Part shown: piece after piece, positions 1-9,051 of the stretch
How the letters are laid out: each line of letters opens with the position of its first letter
Position numbering within the stretch: position 1 is the first letter of the stretch
DNA from: an uncultured delta proteobacterium
GTDB lineage: Bacteria; Myxococcota_A; Polyangia; Fen-1088
Direction: 5' to 3'
Assembly: GCA_963755125.1 (NCBI GenBank)
Contig: CAVWIP010000006.1
Location: forward strand, 128,001 to 192,000
DNA: 64,000 bases
Translations under genes and position numbers: made by a program
The notes under the pieces: model-generated
Told to the model about the DNA's origin: nothing
What the model saw: only the letters and a program-made list of their open reading frames with translations
The model's database searches: none

Positions 1-100
1 TGTTGCAAGTCGCCGCTAGAGCCGGTTTCGGCGCAATGAATAGCGCCAATGCGGGCAGCGCAACAGCCAGAAGCCCAATCGGGCCGTGTCTTTGTTTCAT
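1..100 (-). CDS. Secreted protein, N-terminus only (runs off window edge)
   Basis: ATG at 100 preceded by GAGGAAG; translates MKQRHGPIGLLAVALPALALFIAPKPALAATCN, a Sec-type signal peptide with AxA site; co-oriented just downstream of precursor A. Confidence 0.6.
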   Translation of the reverse strand, partial: MKQRHGPIGLLAVALPALALFIAPKPALAATCN

Positions 101-133
101 AGGTATTCTTCCTCTTCGGGCAAACGATCGCAT

Positions 134-328
134 CTAGGTGGCAATCTCGACGCCACAGAGCCGGCACGCGCCTGCCGATGGACCGGCTGTTGTCGATGTC
201 TTGCAGGCGCCCAGAACGGCCTCTTCCGGCCTGAGCTTGATGCTTGTCAGCTTGGGCGGCGCATAGGGCTTCCTGCGCGCTGGCTTGGTCGATGTGGTCG
301 CTGTCTTGCTGTCTTCACTGTTTTGCAC
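134..328 (-). CDS. Putative RiPP precursor peptide A (64 aa)
   Basis: GTG at 328 with GGAGGAG RBS; MQNSEDSKTATTSTKPARRKPYAPPKLTSIKLRPEEAVLGACKTSTTAGPSAGACRLCGVEIAT; YxxPxL leader motif and Cys/Ser/Thr-rich C-terminus; overlaps the rSAM stop codon. Confidence 0.8.
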   Translation of the reverse strand: MQNSEDSKTATTSTKPARRKPYAPPKLTSIKLRPEEAVLGACKTSTTAGPSAGACRLCGVEIAT

Positions 329-1478
329 TGAGATCTCCTCCACCAATCTGCTGACAGTACTGGCACTCCCCATGTGGCTGCACCGAAACGTCCAGAGCAC
401 GCGCCCGCAGGTGGGCCACCTCGCAGTAGAAAGCGGGCGAAGCTTCCGGGTCGCCATGTTCCAGCTCGCCGTTGGGCGGGCAGACCCCGCACAGGTGCCG
501 GATCGAACAGTCCAGGCACTTCGTCACACGCGAAACCTTCCTGCGCCGCTCCGCCAGAACAGCGCCTTCCCAGCCCGTCAGGAAGCGCCCGCTGCGCAGA
601 TCGTATTTTGCGCCAGGCGAAAACAGGCACAGGTTCATGCCGCCGTACGCGTCGATGGCAAAGGCGTTGATGCCGGCCTTGCAGAAGTAGATCTCGCGCT
701 TGGGATGAAGCGCGGGGAAACAGCCGCCGAACTCCCTGTCCAGATCCTTCCACTCGGCCGCCTGCTTGGGGTTGCGCATCTCCAGGTCCACTACGGTGTT
801 GGCGGAAACCCGGAAGAGAAGCGGCCGCTGCGACAGGTCGAGACGGGGGTTGACCATGGGATCGAGCCTGAAAACCAGCCCGAGTTCCTTCTCCACCAGA
901 TCTCTCATCCGTTCGACCTCGTGCTGGTTGACAGTCAGAACGATGGTCTTGAGGCTGAGCGGGATCTTGCGGTCGCACAGCAGGCGGATCGCTCGCATGC
1001 ACTTGTCATGGGAACCCGGAACGCGCGTGACACTCTCGTGGGTTTCTCGGGTGCTGCCGTAGATCGTGATCTCGACCGCGTAGGGGCGCCAGGCGGCCAG
1101 GTGGTCCGCGATGCGCGGGGTGATGAGCGAGCCGCCGGTAAACAGAGTGACCAGCAGCCCCTTCTTCTTCGCGTGGGTGAAGATGTCGAGAAAGTCCCCG
1201 CGCGCGAAGATCTCGCCCCCCGTATAGGTGAGCCACAGGCAGCCGGCCTCGACGATTTCATCGATGATGCGGATGTGCTCGGCAGTGCTCAGTTCCCGGC
1301 GGGCGTTTTCCTCGTCGCGCAGCGGGAGGTTGTTGTAGCAGTGTACGCAGTCGAGCGGGCAGCGTCGGGTGACCTCGATCATCCCATGGACGGGCAGACG
1401 CTTGCTGCACCACACGTCCTGCACTTTCGTGTGGAAGTCACGGTATGAGATGCTTTCGATCACTAATTGTGGCTCCAT
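315..1478 (-). CDS. Radical SAM/SPASM peptide maturase
   Basis: CPLDCVHC (CxxxCxxC), TGGE, SPASM-type Cys array (CKAG...NLC...CLDCSIRHLCGVCP...YC); start chosen at ATG 1478 (ORF track starts 1523). Confidence 0.9.
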   Translation of the reverse strand: MEPQLVIESISYRDFHTKVQDVWCSKRLPVHGMIEVTRRCPLDCVHCYNNLPLRDEENARRELSTAEHIRIIDEIVEAGCLWLTYTGGEIFARGDFLDIFTHAKKKGLLVTLFTGGSLITPRIADHLAAWRPYAVEITIYGSTRETHESVTRVPGSHDKCMRAIRLLCDRKIPLSLKTIVLTVNQHEVERMRDLVEKELGLVFRLDPMVNPRLDLSQRPLLFRVSANTVVDLEMRNPKQAAEWKDLDREFGGCFPALHPKREIYFCKAGINAFAIDAYGGMNLCLFSPGAKYDLRSGRFLTGWEGAVLAERRRKVSRVTKCLDCSIRHLCGVCPPNGELEHGDPEASPAFYCEVAHLRARALDVSVQPHGECQYCQQIGGGDLSAKQ

Positions 1479-1614
1479 TCCAGGCTGACGCTGAACGCCA
1501 TGACCGTCGTAGCTGCTAGACACAATAATTTACAATATCCTGCGTCGTCATCTGAGATTATTACGCGCATGTAGGTCGAAATCTCACCTTGGCCGCGACA
1601 ACAAGTTCTGGCGA

Positions 1615-2556
1615 ATGAGTAAAGCCCAACCTCCCTGGAATGGCCGTCGCTGGTTCCAGATCGGTGGAATCACGATTCAGGTTGATGCCGATCGGCCCAT
1701 CACGTCGCAGACTTTCGCGCCCAAGTTCGAGGCATTCGCTGTCGACGGCCCCGGCAGCGACACCGTCTTCATCCACCACCGCTTCGGCCTCCCTGATCTG
1801 CAAGGCCGCAACCTCGGCCGCCAGGTGTACCGGAAGACACCGTGGGCAGTGTTCGAGAGGCCGGATGCGTGGTTCTACCTGGGCATCGCGATGGATCCCG
1901 ACGATACGCGGCTGTTCGCCTTCGCTGAGTTCGACCGGGAGCACAGCCGCGGCACGATCTGGAGCCCCACCGATGGCAGGTTCGTGCAAGGTGGACTGAA
2001 CTCCCTGACCACGTTCCCCACCGATCAGATCGTGCTGGCGCGCGTGCTGGCCGACCGCCGCGCGTGCTACCTGCACTCCTCCGCCGGCATCGTCAAGGGC
2101 GCGGGCCTGTTGTTCCTCGGTCATTCCGAGGCGGGCAAATCGACCACTGCGGGCATGCTCGACGGGTACGCCGAGATCCTGTGCGACGACCGCAACATCG
2201 TGCGCCGGTGGCCCGATGGCTTCCGCGTCCACGGCACCTGGAGCCACGGCGAGATCCCGCGCGTGTCTGCGGCCTCGGCTCCCCTGGCCGCGATTTTTCT
2301 TCTGAGCAAGGCCGAGGAAAATCGCCTGGTGAAGGTCACAGATCGCGTGCGCCTTGCGACCGTGCTGGCGGCGTGCATGATCAAGCCGGTGGTGGATGTG
2401 GGCTGGTGGGAGAAGAGTCTGGACCTGATTGAAACCATGATGAACGAGATCCCCTGCTACGAGATGCGATTCGACAAGAGCGGCGCGATCGTGCCCGCGC
2501 TGCTCGACCTGGCGCGGAGTTTTTCGCCCACGACACGAGCCGAGGGCGCGCCATGA
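1615..2556 (+). CDS. HPr kinase-like P-loop protein (ScmC/HprK-related)
   Basis: LHSSAG...LFLGHSEAGKST...ILCDDRNIVR...HGTW: His, Walker A and DD signature of HprK-related proteins. Confidence 0.75.
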   Translation: MSKAQPPWNGRRWFQIGGITIQVDADRPITSQTFAPKFEAFAVDGPGSDTVFIHHRFGLPDLQGRNLGRQVYRKTPWAVFERPDAWFYLGIAMDPDDTRLFAFAEFDREHSRGTIWSPTDGRFVQGGLNSLTTFPTDQIVLARVLADRRACYLHSSAGIVKGAGLLFLGHSEAGKSTTAGMLDGYAEILCDDRNIVRRWPDGFRVHGTWSHGEIPRVSAASAPLAAIFLLSKAEENRLVKVTDRVRLATVLAACMIKPVVDVGWWEKSLDLIETMMNEIPCYEMRFDKSGAIVPALLDLARSFSPTTRAEGAP

Positions 2557-2855
2557 GCCCATCGCTTGCCCCGGATGTGCGGGTCCGCCATTCGGACGAC
2601 GTGGTCGCGCGGCTGATCGAAGGCGAGCTCCTCATCGTTCCGCTGATGTCCGGCGTGGGCGATCTGGAGGACGAGCTGTACACGCTCAACGAGACGGGCA
2701 GGGCGATCTGGGAAAAGCTGGACGGCAGCCGAACCATTGATGACGTGGCCCGCGAGATGGCGCGCGAGTTCGACGTCGCCGAGGAAACCGCCCGGCTGGA
2801 CGTCGCCAATCTGGTGGAAGAACTGCTGGGAAGGAAGATCCTGGTTGCCGGCTGA
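2553..2855 (+). CDS. PqqD family protein (stand-alone RiPP recognition element)
   Basis: 100 aa; DVVARLIEGELLIV...LYTLNETGRAIWEKLDGSRTIDDV...FDV...DVANLVEEL; ATGA overlap with upstream gene. Confidence 0.9.
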   Translation: MSPSLAPDVRVRHSDDVVARLIEGELLIVPLMSGVGDLEDELYTLNETGRAIWEKLDGSRTIDDVAREMAREFDVAEETARLDVANLVEELLGRKILVAG

Positions 2856-3357
2856 CGGCGCGCCGCCCGATTCGCATTTCGCCGCCGGCAATGCCCTGGA
2901 GATCTCCGGGGAGCAATTGCAGGAGTTGCTGGACGCCGTTCTTTCCCGGGGCCGCCCGCTGCGCTTCCGGGCGCGCGGGTTCAGCATGGGCCCGCTGGTG
3001 CAGGACCGCGACGTGATCACCATCTCGCCCCTGGCCGGCCGGCGGCCCGGCACCGGCGACATCATCGCCTGCCGCCTTCGCCCGAGCAGGCGCCTGGTCG
3101 TCCATCGTGTGCGCGCGGTCAGGTCCGACGGCTTGCTGGTCCAGGGCGACAGCGCGTTCCTGCCCGACGGAATGATCCCGCTTGGCGACGTGCTGGGACT
3201 GCTCACCCTCGCCGAGCGCGACGGCGTGGTGATTTATCGAACACGGCACAACCATCCCGCGACTGTCCGTCACCTGGCGTGGATCGTCCGGCGCTGGAGG
3301 AACCGGGCCGCCGGTGTCGCCCATCGGCTGAGAGAGCGCTGGTTTTCGCCTGGGTGA
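2845..3357 (+). CDS. S24/S26 family peptidase
   Basis: GFSMGPLV...GDIIA...VVHRV...QGDS motifs; TTG start at 2845 after GGAAGGAAG is an estimate. Confidence 0.75.
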   Translation: MPADGAPPDSHFAAGNALEISGEQLQELLDAVLSRGRPLRFRARGFSMGPLVQDRDVITISPLAGRRPGTGDIIACRLRPSRRLVVHRVRAVRSDGLLVQGDSAFLPDGMIPLGDVLGLLTLAERDGVVIYRTRHNHPATVRHLAWIVRRWRNRAAGVAHRLRERWFSPG

Positions 3358-3531
3358 TGGGCGTCCCGCTAAGGAGCCGCGAAAAGATAACTTGTGCAAA
3401 GAGCGCGGCCGAGGCGCCCGGATGGCAAGAAGCGAGGAGCGAGCATACCCGTCGGTATGTGAGCGACGAGCGACGCAGCCAGCCGGGATGGATCGGCCGC
3501 GCGCCTGCTAGAGTTATCTTTGAGCGGCGAC

Positions 3532-5052
3532 TTAGTCTCGCGCCTGCCAGATCTCGCGCTGGAAACGGTAGGGCGGGGCGTCCGGCTTCCAGAAATGCTT
3601 GAGCGCATAGTGCGGGGTCGCGCCGAAGGGCGTCGCTCCGGTGCGCACGCAAAGACCGCGCAGCAGATCGCGGACGCGATTCTGGGTCTCGGCCAGCGAC
3701 GACGTGGTGCTCATGGTCAGCAGGAATACGCGATTGGCCGCGGGCAGGCGCTGGCGTAGCGGCGCAAGCTGCGCATCGGCGTCGGGGAAGATGCGGATCG
3801 AGTCGACCGCGGCGATGGCGGCCGACGGCGCACAGGTGCGCGCGACGAGCTCGGCCAGCCGAGGGTAGGGCGCGACGATGAGATCCCGCGCGCCGGCGTC
3901 GCGCACGACGCTGCACGAGGCGCTGTCCAGGCGGTTGAGATCGGCCTTGTAGAAACCGCGCCCCAGCAGGGTCAGCGCCAGCGCAACCAACAGTTGCGCG
4001 GAGGCGAGCCCGGCAATCCCGCGCCACCGGCCTGCAAGCGCCGCGCCCACCATCAACGTGAGAGCCAGCCAGACCTCCAGGCTGTAGCGCGGGTGCCAGA
4101 TCCCGAACGGCGCCAGGCACAGCCACGCGAGCGCATCGGTCGCGAGAAAGAGCGCGTACGGGCGCGAACCTTTCTCGCGCACCAGCGTCGCGAACCCGAG
4201 CGCCGCCGCGGCGGCCACCGCCAGGCCGAGCAAGGGGAAAGGAAAAGGCAGCGCAGCCTCGCCGGCAACTCCCAGCACCAGCCAGGTGACCACCTGGGAC
4301 AGCACAGGGTGAAACTGGCCGTACGCCAGTGACGCATGAGCCGCGGCGATGGGCGAGGCAAAGCGCAACCCGATGAGAGCGGCCAGCGACAGCAGCGCGA
4401 TCAGGCCCAGGTTGCGACGGGCGTGCGGCTGGCCGGCGCTGCGCAGGTGCAACCAGACGAGATCGAGCAGCACGAAGGGCGGCTCGACATAGCCCGCCGC
4501 CAGGCCGAGCGTCGCGCCGGTCACGAAGATTGCGCCCGAGCGCGCGCGGCCGGGCGCCATGCCCCAGATGGAAAGTGCGCGCAGGGCATGCGCGAGAAAC
4601 AGGAACGGATACCAGCGCGCCGCGCCCGCGTACATGAACACGATCGGGTGCAGGGCCGCGAGCCACACATAGACGCGCGCAAGACCGAACTGCCGGAGCA
4701 CCAGATTCGCCGTGATCCACAGCGCGCCCGCCGAGGCCAGCACGCGCGCCAGGTTGATGATCCAGCGGGCGCCGGTGGCGGCCAGCAGCGCGCGGTCGAG
4801 CAACGCCACCCAGGGCGGGTGCACGTCCGCCGCCAGCGCGGCCCAGAAGCGGCCGGCATCCCGCTGCCCCGCCAACCCGAGCGAGAACCACTCGTCGTCA
4901 AAGGGGGTGCGCAGGGCCGCGAACAGCAGGGCGGCCGCGCCCCACGCCAGCGGCAACCACAAGGCGCGATCGCGCGGCTGCGCGGCCACGGTGGGCCGCG
5001 CCGGTGTGTCCCCTGTCTTCAGGCCCGCCGGCAGCATTTCAGCAACGGGCAC
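3532..5052 (-). CDS. Polytopic membrane glycosyltransferase (GT-C, family 39/ArnT-like)
   Basis: Many TM helices; first-loop FDDEWFS and DVHPP motifs; ARWY motif. Confidence 0.6.
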   Translation of the reverse strand: MPVAEMLPAGLKTGDTPARPTVAAQPRDRALWLPLAWGAAALLFAALRTPFDDEWFSLGLAGQRDAGRFWAALAADVHPPWVALLDRALLAATGARWIINLARVLASAGALWITANLVLRQFGLARVYVWLAALHPIVFMYAGAARWYPFLFLAHALRALSIWGMAPGRARSGAIFVTGATLGLAAGYVEPPFVLLDLVWLHLRSAGQPHARRNLGLIALLSLAALIGLRFASPIAAAHASLAYGQFHPVLSQVVTWLVLGVAGEAALPFPFPLLGLAVAAAAALGFATLVREKGSRPYALFLATDALAWLCLAPFGIWHPRYSLEVWLALTLMVGAALAGRWRGIAGLASAQLLVALALTLLGRGFYKADLNRLDSASCSVVRDAGARDLIVAPYPRLAELVARTCAPSAAIAAVDSIRIFPDADAQLAPLRQRLPAANRVFLLTMSTTSSLAETQNRVRDLLRGLCVRTGATPFGATPHYALKHFWKPDAPPYRFQREIWQARD

Positions 5053-5228
5053 AGCCTACCCTATCGCGCTTTCTCAGCGGCAACTTCGCCGAGTTTCTTG
5101 TGTGGATGAACCGGAAAGAGGGTTGGCATGGATTGCACTTTTGATTGGCAATCCATGCCAGCGTCGCGAGCCAATGTCACGGTTGGCAGTCAAGGCGCGC
5201 CTTTTCGGGAAACGGCTACACTTGCCTC

Positions 5229-5357
5229 ATGGCCTTACCTTCGGCGAAGTCCCGGCCAGCCACCTATGAGGACATCCTCCGCCTGCCGGAGCACGTCGTG
5301 GGTGAGATCGTCGACGGGGAGTTGATCGTTTCGCCGCGGCCGGCACCCCGGCATGCG
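5229..5357 (+). pseudogene. Truncated Uma2-family endonuclease (N-terminal ~43 aa)
   Basis: MALPSAKSRPATYEDILRLPEHVVGEIVDGELIVSPRPAPRHA is a typical Uma2 N-terminus; similarity ends about 20 bp before the stop of the convergent ATPase. Confidence 0.7.
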
Positions 5358-5375
5358 AATCGAAGAAGGGACGGC

Positions 5376-6554
5376 CTACACCAATCCGGCCAAGAACCGC
5401 TCGTAGTGAAGCACGCGAAGGTCGCTTGCCGGGTAGGAGCGATCGTAGCCGGGCCGCGTGACCAACTGAAACGCGCGCGGCTTGCCCAGCTTCTCACGGA
5501 AATACAGCAGGGCAGGGGTCGGGTCGACGTCACCCGACTTGCACTCGACCAACCACCAGGGCCTGCCGTCGCGTACAACCAGAAAGTCCACCTCTCGCTG
5601 CTCTTTGTCGCGGACGAAGTGCAGGTCGAATGTTCCTTGCGCCGTATCGCTCCAGTAGTGGCACGCCTTCAGCAGGTGCAGCGCAGTCAGGTTTTCGAGC
5701 CGAGCCGCCGCGGCCTGCGCCGGGATGCGGAGAATGTCGAACAAGTAGAGCTTGGGCGCGGTGCGGACCGCGCGGGCCAATCGCTTGGTGAAGGGGCGCA
5801 CGGTGAAACAGTGATACAGCGCCTCGAACACCGACAGCCAGCCAGCCACCGTGCCGTAGGCAACGCCCACGTCCTCGCGCAGCGAGTTCACTGACAACAG
5901 GCTGCCCACGCGATCAGGGAGCAAGTCGGCCAGCACGCGCAGACCAGCGATGTCGGACACGGCACGCAAGTCGCGCACGTCCTCTGCCAGCAGCCGTTCG
6001 ACGCACAGTCGGCTCCAGCGACCAGCCTTCGCCTCGCTGCCGCCGATGAGAGGCTCGGGAAACCCGCCCAGGCGCAGCAGGTCGTCGAGGCGCCAGCGCG
6101 GCTTGACCGTGCCAAGCACGGCGTCTGGCGCCGGGGGAGCCTCAACCTCCCCCGCCGTGAAGGGGTGCAAACGATAGGGCAAGAAACGGCCGAGCAAGCT
6201 GTCGCCGCCCCGGCGATAGAGGTCGAGGCGCGCGCTGCCGGTCACGATCATGCCCTCGGCTGCGCCCTCGACATCGTACACGCCCTTGAGGCGCGCCTTC
6301 CAATGCCGATCCTTGTGGATCTCGTCGAGTACGATCGGCCCTGGTCCGCGATCCGCCAGCGCGGCTCGCGGTGATCGGCTCCAGGCCTTGCGAAACTCGG
6401 TGTCATCCCAGTTGCGGTAGTTGTCTGGGGAGGTGAGCAGACTCTTGGCCAGGGTGGTCTTGCCCACCTGGCGTGGGCCGGAGATGAATGCCATCTTCCC
6501 CGAGGGCAGGGCGTCGTTCTTGATCTGGAGGGCCAGATAGCGTGCCGAAACCAT
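5376..6554 (-). CDS. AAA_14 ATPase with DUF4143 / C-terminal PD-(D/E)xK-like domain
   Basis: GPRQVGKTT, LDEIH, TGSA, GGFPE, PKLYLFD, REVDFL...VECK; start ATG 6554. Confidence 0.9.
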   Translation of the reverse strand: MVSARYLALQIKNDALPSGKMAFISGPRQVGKTTLAKSLLTSPDNYRNWDDTEFRKAWSRSPRAALADRGPGPIVLDEIHKDRHWKARLKGVYDVEGAAEGMIVTGSARLDLYRRGGDSLLGRFLPYRLHPFTAGEVEAPPAPDAVLGTVKPRWRLDDLLRLGGFPEPLIGGSEAKAGRWSRLCVERLLAEDVRDLRAVSDIAGLRVLADLLPDRVGSLLSVNSLREDVGVAYGTVAGWLSVFEALYHCFTVRPFTKRLARAVRTAPKLYLFDILRIPAQAAAARLENLTALHLLKACHYWSDTAQGTFDLHFVRDKEQREVDFLVVRDGRPWWLVECKSGDVDPTPALLYFREKLGKPRAFQLVTRPGYDRSYPASDLRVLHYERFLAGLV

Positions 6555-6556
6555 GC

Positions 6557-6620
6557 TGGCCAGTTTACACCAGATTGCAAACTGGACATGGCCAATTTTC
6601 TCTTTGGTGAAAACTGGCCA
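6557..6620. promoter_or_regulatory. Two abutting 32-bp imperfect dyads (12-8-12), operator-like
   Basis: TGGCCAGTTTAC-N8-GCAAACTGGACA (6557-6588) followed directly by TGGCCAATTTTC-N8-GAAAACTGGCCA (6589-6620), 2 bp upstream of the ATPase start. Confidence 0.6.
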
Positions 6621-6779
6621 GGGGGCAGGATGGAACGCCCAGGCGCTGGGATTCACAGTCCTCCCGTCCGCAAACTGACGGCCTGTCCGCGCGTGGCCGG
6701 ATTACCCTACCCTTGCGAGAAGGCGCGGTGAAAAATGTAGTGGCCTCTTCCCCGAGCCGACGGCACAATTCCGGCCTGC

Positions 6780-8318
6780 ATGAAAACTGCTGGCCGGTAT
6801 CTTGCGACGCTTTCGCTGCTGCTCGGTTGCAGTTCGGGCGGACATGGGGCTGGCCGCGCGGAGGTTGGCGCGGCCCTTGATTCGCCGGTTGTCACCGGGG
6901 CCGAGGCTGGCCCGGTGGTGCCGGACGCTGGCGCGGTTGCCGATTCGTCTGCGACCGTTGCGGAGACGGGCTCGGCGCAGCCGGATGCCGGCGCCGCCGT
7001 GGAGGCAGGCCCGCTTCGCAACGTGGTGATGGTGGTGGACGATGGCTTCGACCCCAGCGTGTCCGAGCTGGTCGGCAAGGTCGTGGCCAGCCACACCATC
7101 GTGTGCGCCCAGTCGAGCGGGGACGCAGGCGTCGAGGCAGGCGCGGATCCGCTGGCCGAGGGCGCGGATCCCGACTTCGCCCAGGCCAAGAGCAATCTGA
7201 TCGCGGCTCTGCAGCAGCCCGATCACTCGTGCCAGCTCACCGACGGTTTGCAGCCCTACGATCAGTCCTGGCTCACCAGCGTCGACAGCTATCGCGATCG
7301 CTGGAACGCCGCCCTGCGCTCCGACACGCCTCTCACCCAGGCATTCACCCCCGCCGAGTATGCGACGATCACCACCGCGCTTCAGACCGAGCCGCAGGAC
7401 GCGCGCGTACACGGCACTTCGGTGGCCGGGGTGCTGGCGTATGAGAATCCCGACTTGCTCCTGGTGCTGGTGCAGTACCCCCTGCTTTCGACTGCCGAGG
7501 TCACGGCGCAGGTCCAGTGCATCAGCCAGGCCACCATCGACCAAGCCATGGCCCTGTTGGCTGACCCCGACGTGCGGGCTGCCTACATCAGCCGGCCGCG
7601 CGGCGATCTGGACCGCGGGCTGGACGACGCCATTTCCCGGAACAACGTCGGCTCGTTGAATCTCAGCCTTGGCGACCTGTCCACCAAGGCGGTCGAGGAC
7701 GCCATGGTGGCCCAGGGCTGCGCGGATGTGGATCTCGGGCCGTGGCAGGCGCGGCTGACGGAACTGGACCAGGAACAGGATGCGGCGCAACCCCATCCCA
7801 GCGCTCTCTCGGTCCAGTCCGCCGGGAACGAAGGCGTCGAGATCGACAGCACGGCCGACTCCCCTGATTGCGAGCAGGGCGACCCGACCCACATGCTGGT
7901 GGGGGCGTACGGCGTGGACGGCGCGCTGGCGAGTTTCTCCAACTACGGCCTGTGCGTGGACGTGCTGGCTCCTGGCGAGGACATTCTGGCTCCTGTGCCC
8001 GGCGATTGGCTGCTGCCCGAGGACGGCACCAGCTTCAGCGCGCCGCTGGTCACGCGGCTGGCCAGCATGGAGGCTCCGCTGCCCTTTGACCCGGGCCAGA
8101 CGCGAACCTGGCTGATTTCTCTGCGCGACAGCCAGAGCAGGATCCCGGTTGCCGAGTTCCCGCCGGATGTCGTGTACAACCCCACGCACGCGATCGGATC
8201 GAGCGCGCTGGCCCTCTTGCGACCAGGCGACGCAGGCAAGCCATCGGGTTTGCAGCGCACGAGTGCCGTGAAGCTGCACCGGCTCCTGTGGATCCTCGAT
8301 CGCCTGTCCGGCCGGTAG
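6780..8318 (+). CDS. S8 (subtilisin-like) serine peptidase, lipoprotein
   Basis: Lipobox LLGC; catalytic VVDDGFD, HGTSVAG, GTSFSAP; oxyanion SAGNEG. Confidence 0.85.
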   Translation: MKTAGRYLATLSLLLGCSSGGHGAGRAEVGAALDSPVVTGAEAGPVVPDAGAVADSSATVAETGSAQPDAGAAVEAGPLRNVVMVVDDGFDPSVSELVGKVVASHTIVCAQSSGDAGVEAGADPLAEGADPDFAQAKSNLIAALQQPDHSCQLTDGLQPYDQSWLTSVDSYRDRWNAALRSDTPLTQAFTPAEYATITTALQTEPQDARVHGTSVAGVLAYENPDLLLVLVQYPLLSTAEVTAQVQCISQATIDQAMALLADPDVRAAYISRPRGDLDRGLDDAISRNNVGSLNLSLGDLSTKAVEDAMVAQGCADVDLGPWQARLTELDQEQDAAQPHPSALSVQSAGNEGVEIDSTADSPDCEQGDPTHMLVGAYGVDGALASFSNYGLCVDVLAPGEDILAPVPGDWLLPEDGTSFSAPLVTRLASMEAPLPFDPGQTRTWLISLRDSQSRIPVAEFPPDVVYNPTHAIGSSALALLRPGDAGKPSGLQRTSAVKLHRLLWILDRLSGR

Positions 8319-8577
8319 CGACCGTTCGCGCCGTATCTATTCCGTGTGAACGTCGGGCTGCGCAGTGGATCGTGGTCGGCACGCAGGGAGGGTGCGACCG
8401 CGAAACACGACAAGACACCCGACGCCGCCCGGGACGGTATGGATACCGATGCGCTGTCCATGCCTACGCCCTGGCTGAAGGCAAGCAGTCGCGCAAGGGC
8501 TGTCACGGAAGGCGGCTCAGCCATTGTCTAGGTGTTGGGGGTTGTGCGCCTTGGAGCGTGGGCCTATTTTGGTAGCT

Positions 8578-9051
8578 ATGAGAAGCATGGTGGTGCTGTT
8601 GTTCGCGGTGTCCCTCTACGGCTGCGGGGGCGGCGAGGATATCGAAGGGACGTGGGGCCTTGACCTGTCGATGCCCAACTACCCATCCACGGGCGCGAAC
8701 ACGCCGTGCACATATTTGGTGACATTCAAAGGCTCGGCCTTCGAGCAGGATCTGCTGTGCGGCAGCGGGAATGCGGAGGTGATGCAAACCTACGTCGGGA
8801 CATACTCGGTCACGGGGAATCAGCTCACAACAGTCGACACGAAAAGCACGTGTCCCGACCCGAATCCGACGAGCACGGTTACGTTCACCCTGGAAGGGGA
8901 CCAACTCACGATCGTGGAAACCAGCGGCGGCGTCCTAGTGTTCATCCGCGTGACGGTTCTCCCGGCAAGCAGATCTGATGCTCTCGCAACCTTAGGCTGC
9001 TTTTCCAGCGACGATACCACCTTCACGCCAGGGCCACTGAACCCGATCTAG
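8578..9051 (+). CDS. Lipoprotein, beta-rich (lipocalin-like) hypothetical
   Basis: Lipobox LYGC; IEGTW and GTYSVTGNQL strand motifs. Confidence 0.6.
   Translation: MRSMVVLLFAVSLYGCGGGEDIEGTWGLDLSMPNYPSTGANTPCTYLVTFKGSAFEQDLLCGSGNAEVMQTYVGTYSVTGNQLTTVDTKSTCPDPNPTSTVTFTLEGDQLTIVETSGGVLVFIRVTVLPASRSDALATLGCFSSDDTTFTPGPLNPI

Noticed and set aside
134..3357. Lasso peptide or PQQ cluster call based on YxxPxL and PqqD
   Set aside because: No lasso cyclase, B2 peptidase, pqqB/pqqC or ExxxY precursor in the window; genes left of position 1 cannot be seen.
5145..5894. 249-aa ORF as a full Uma2 protein
   Set aside because: After ...PRHA the frame is merely antisense to the ATPase.
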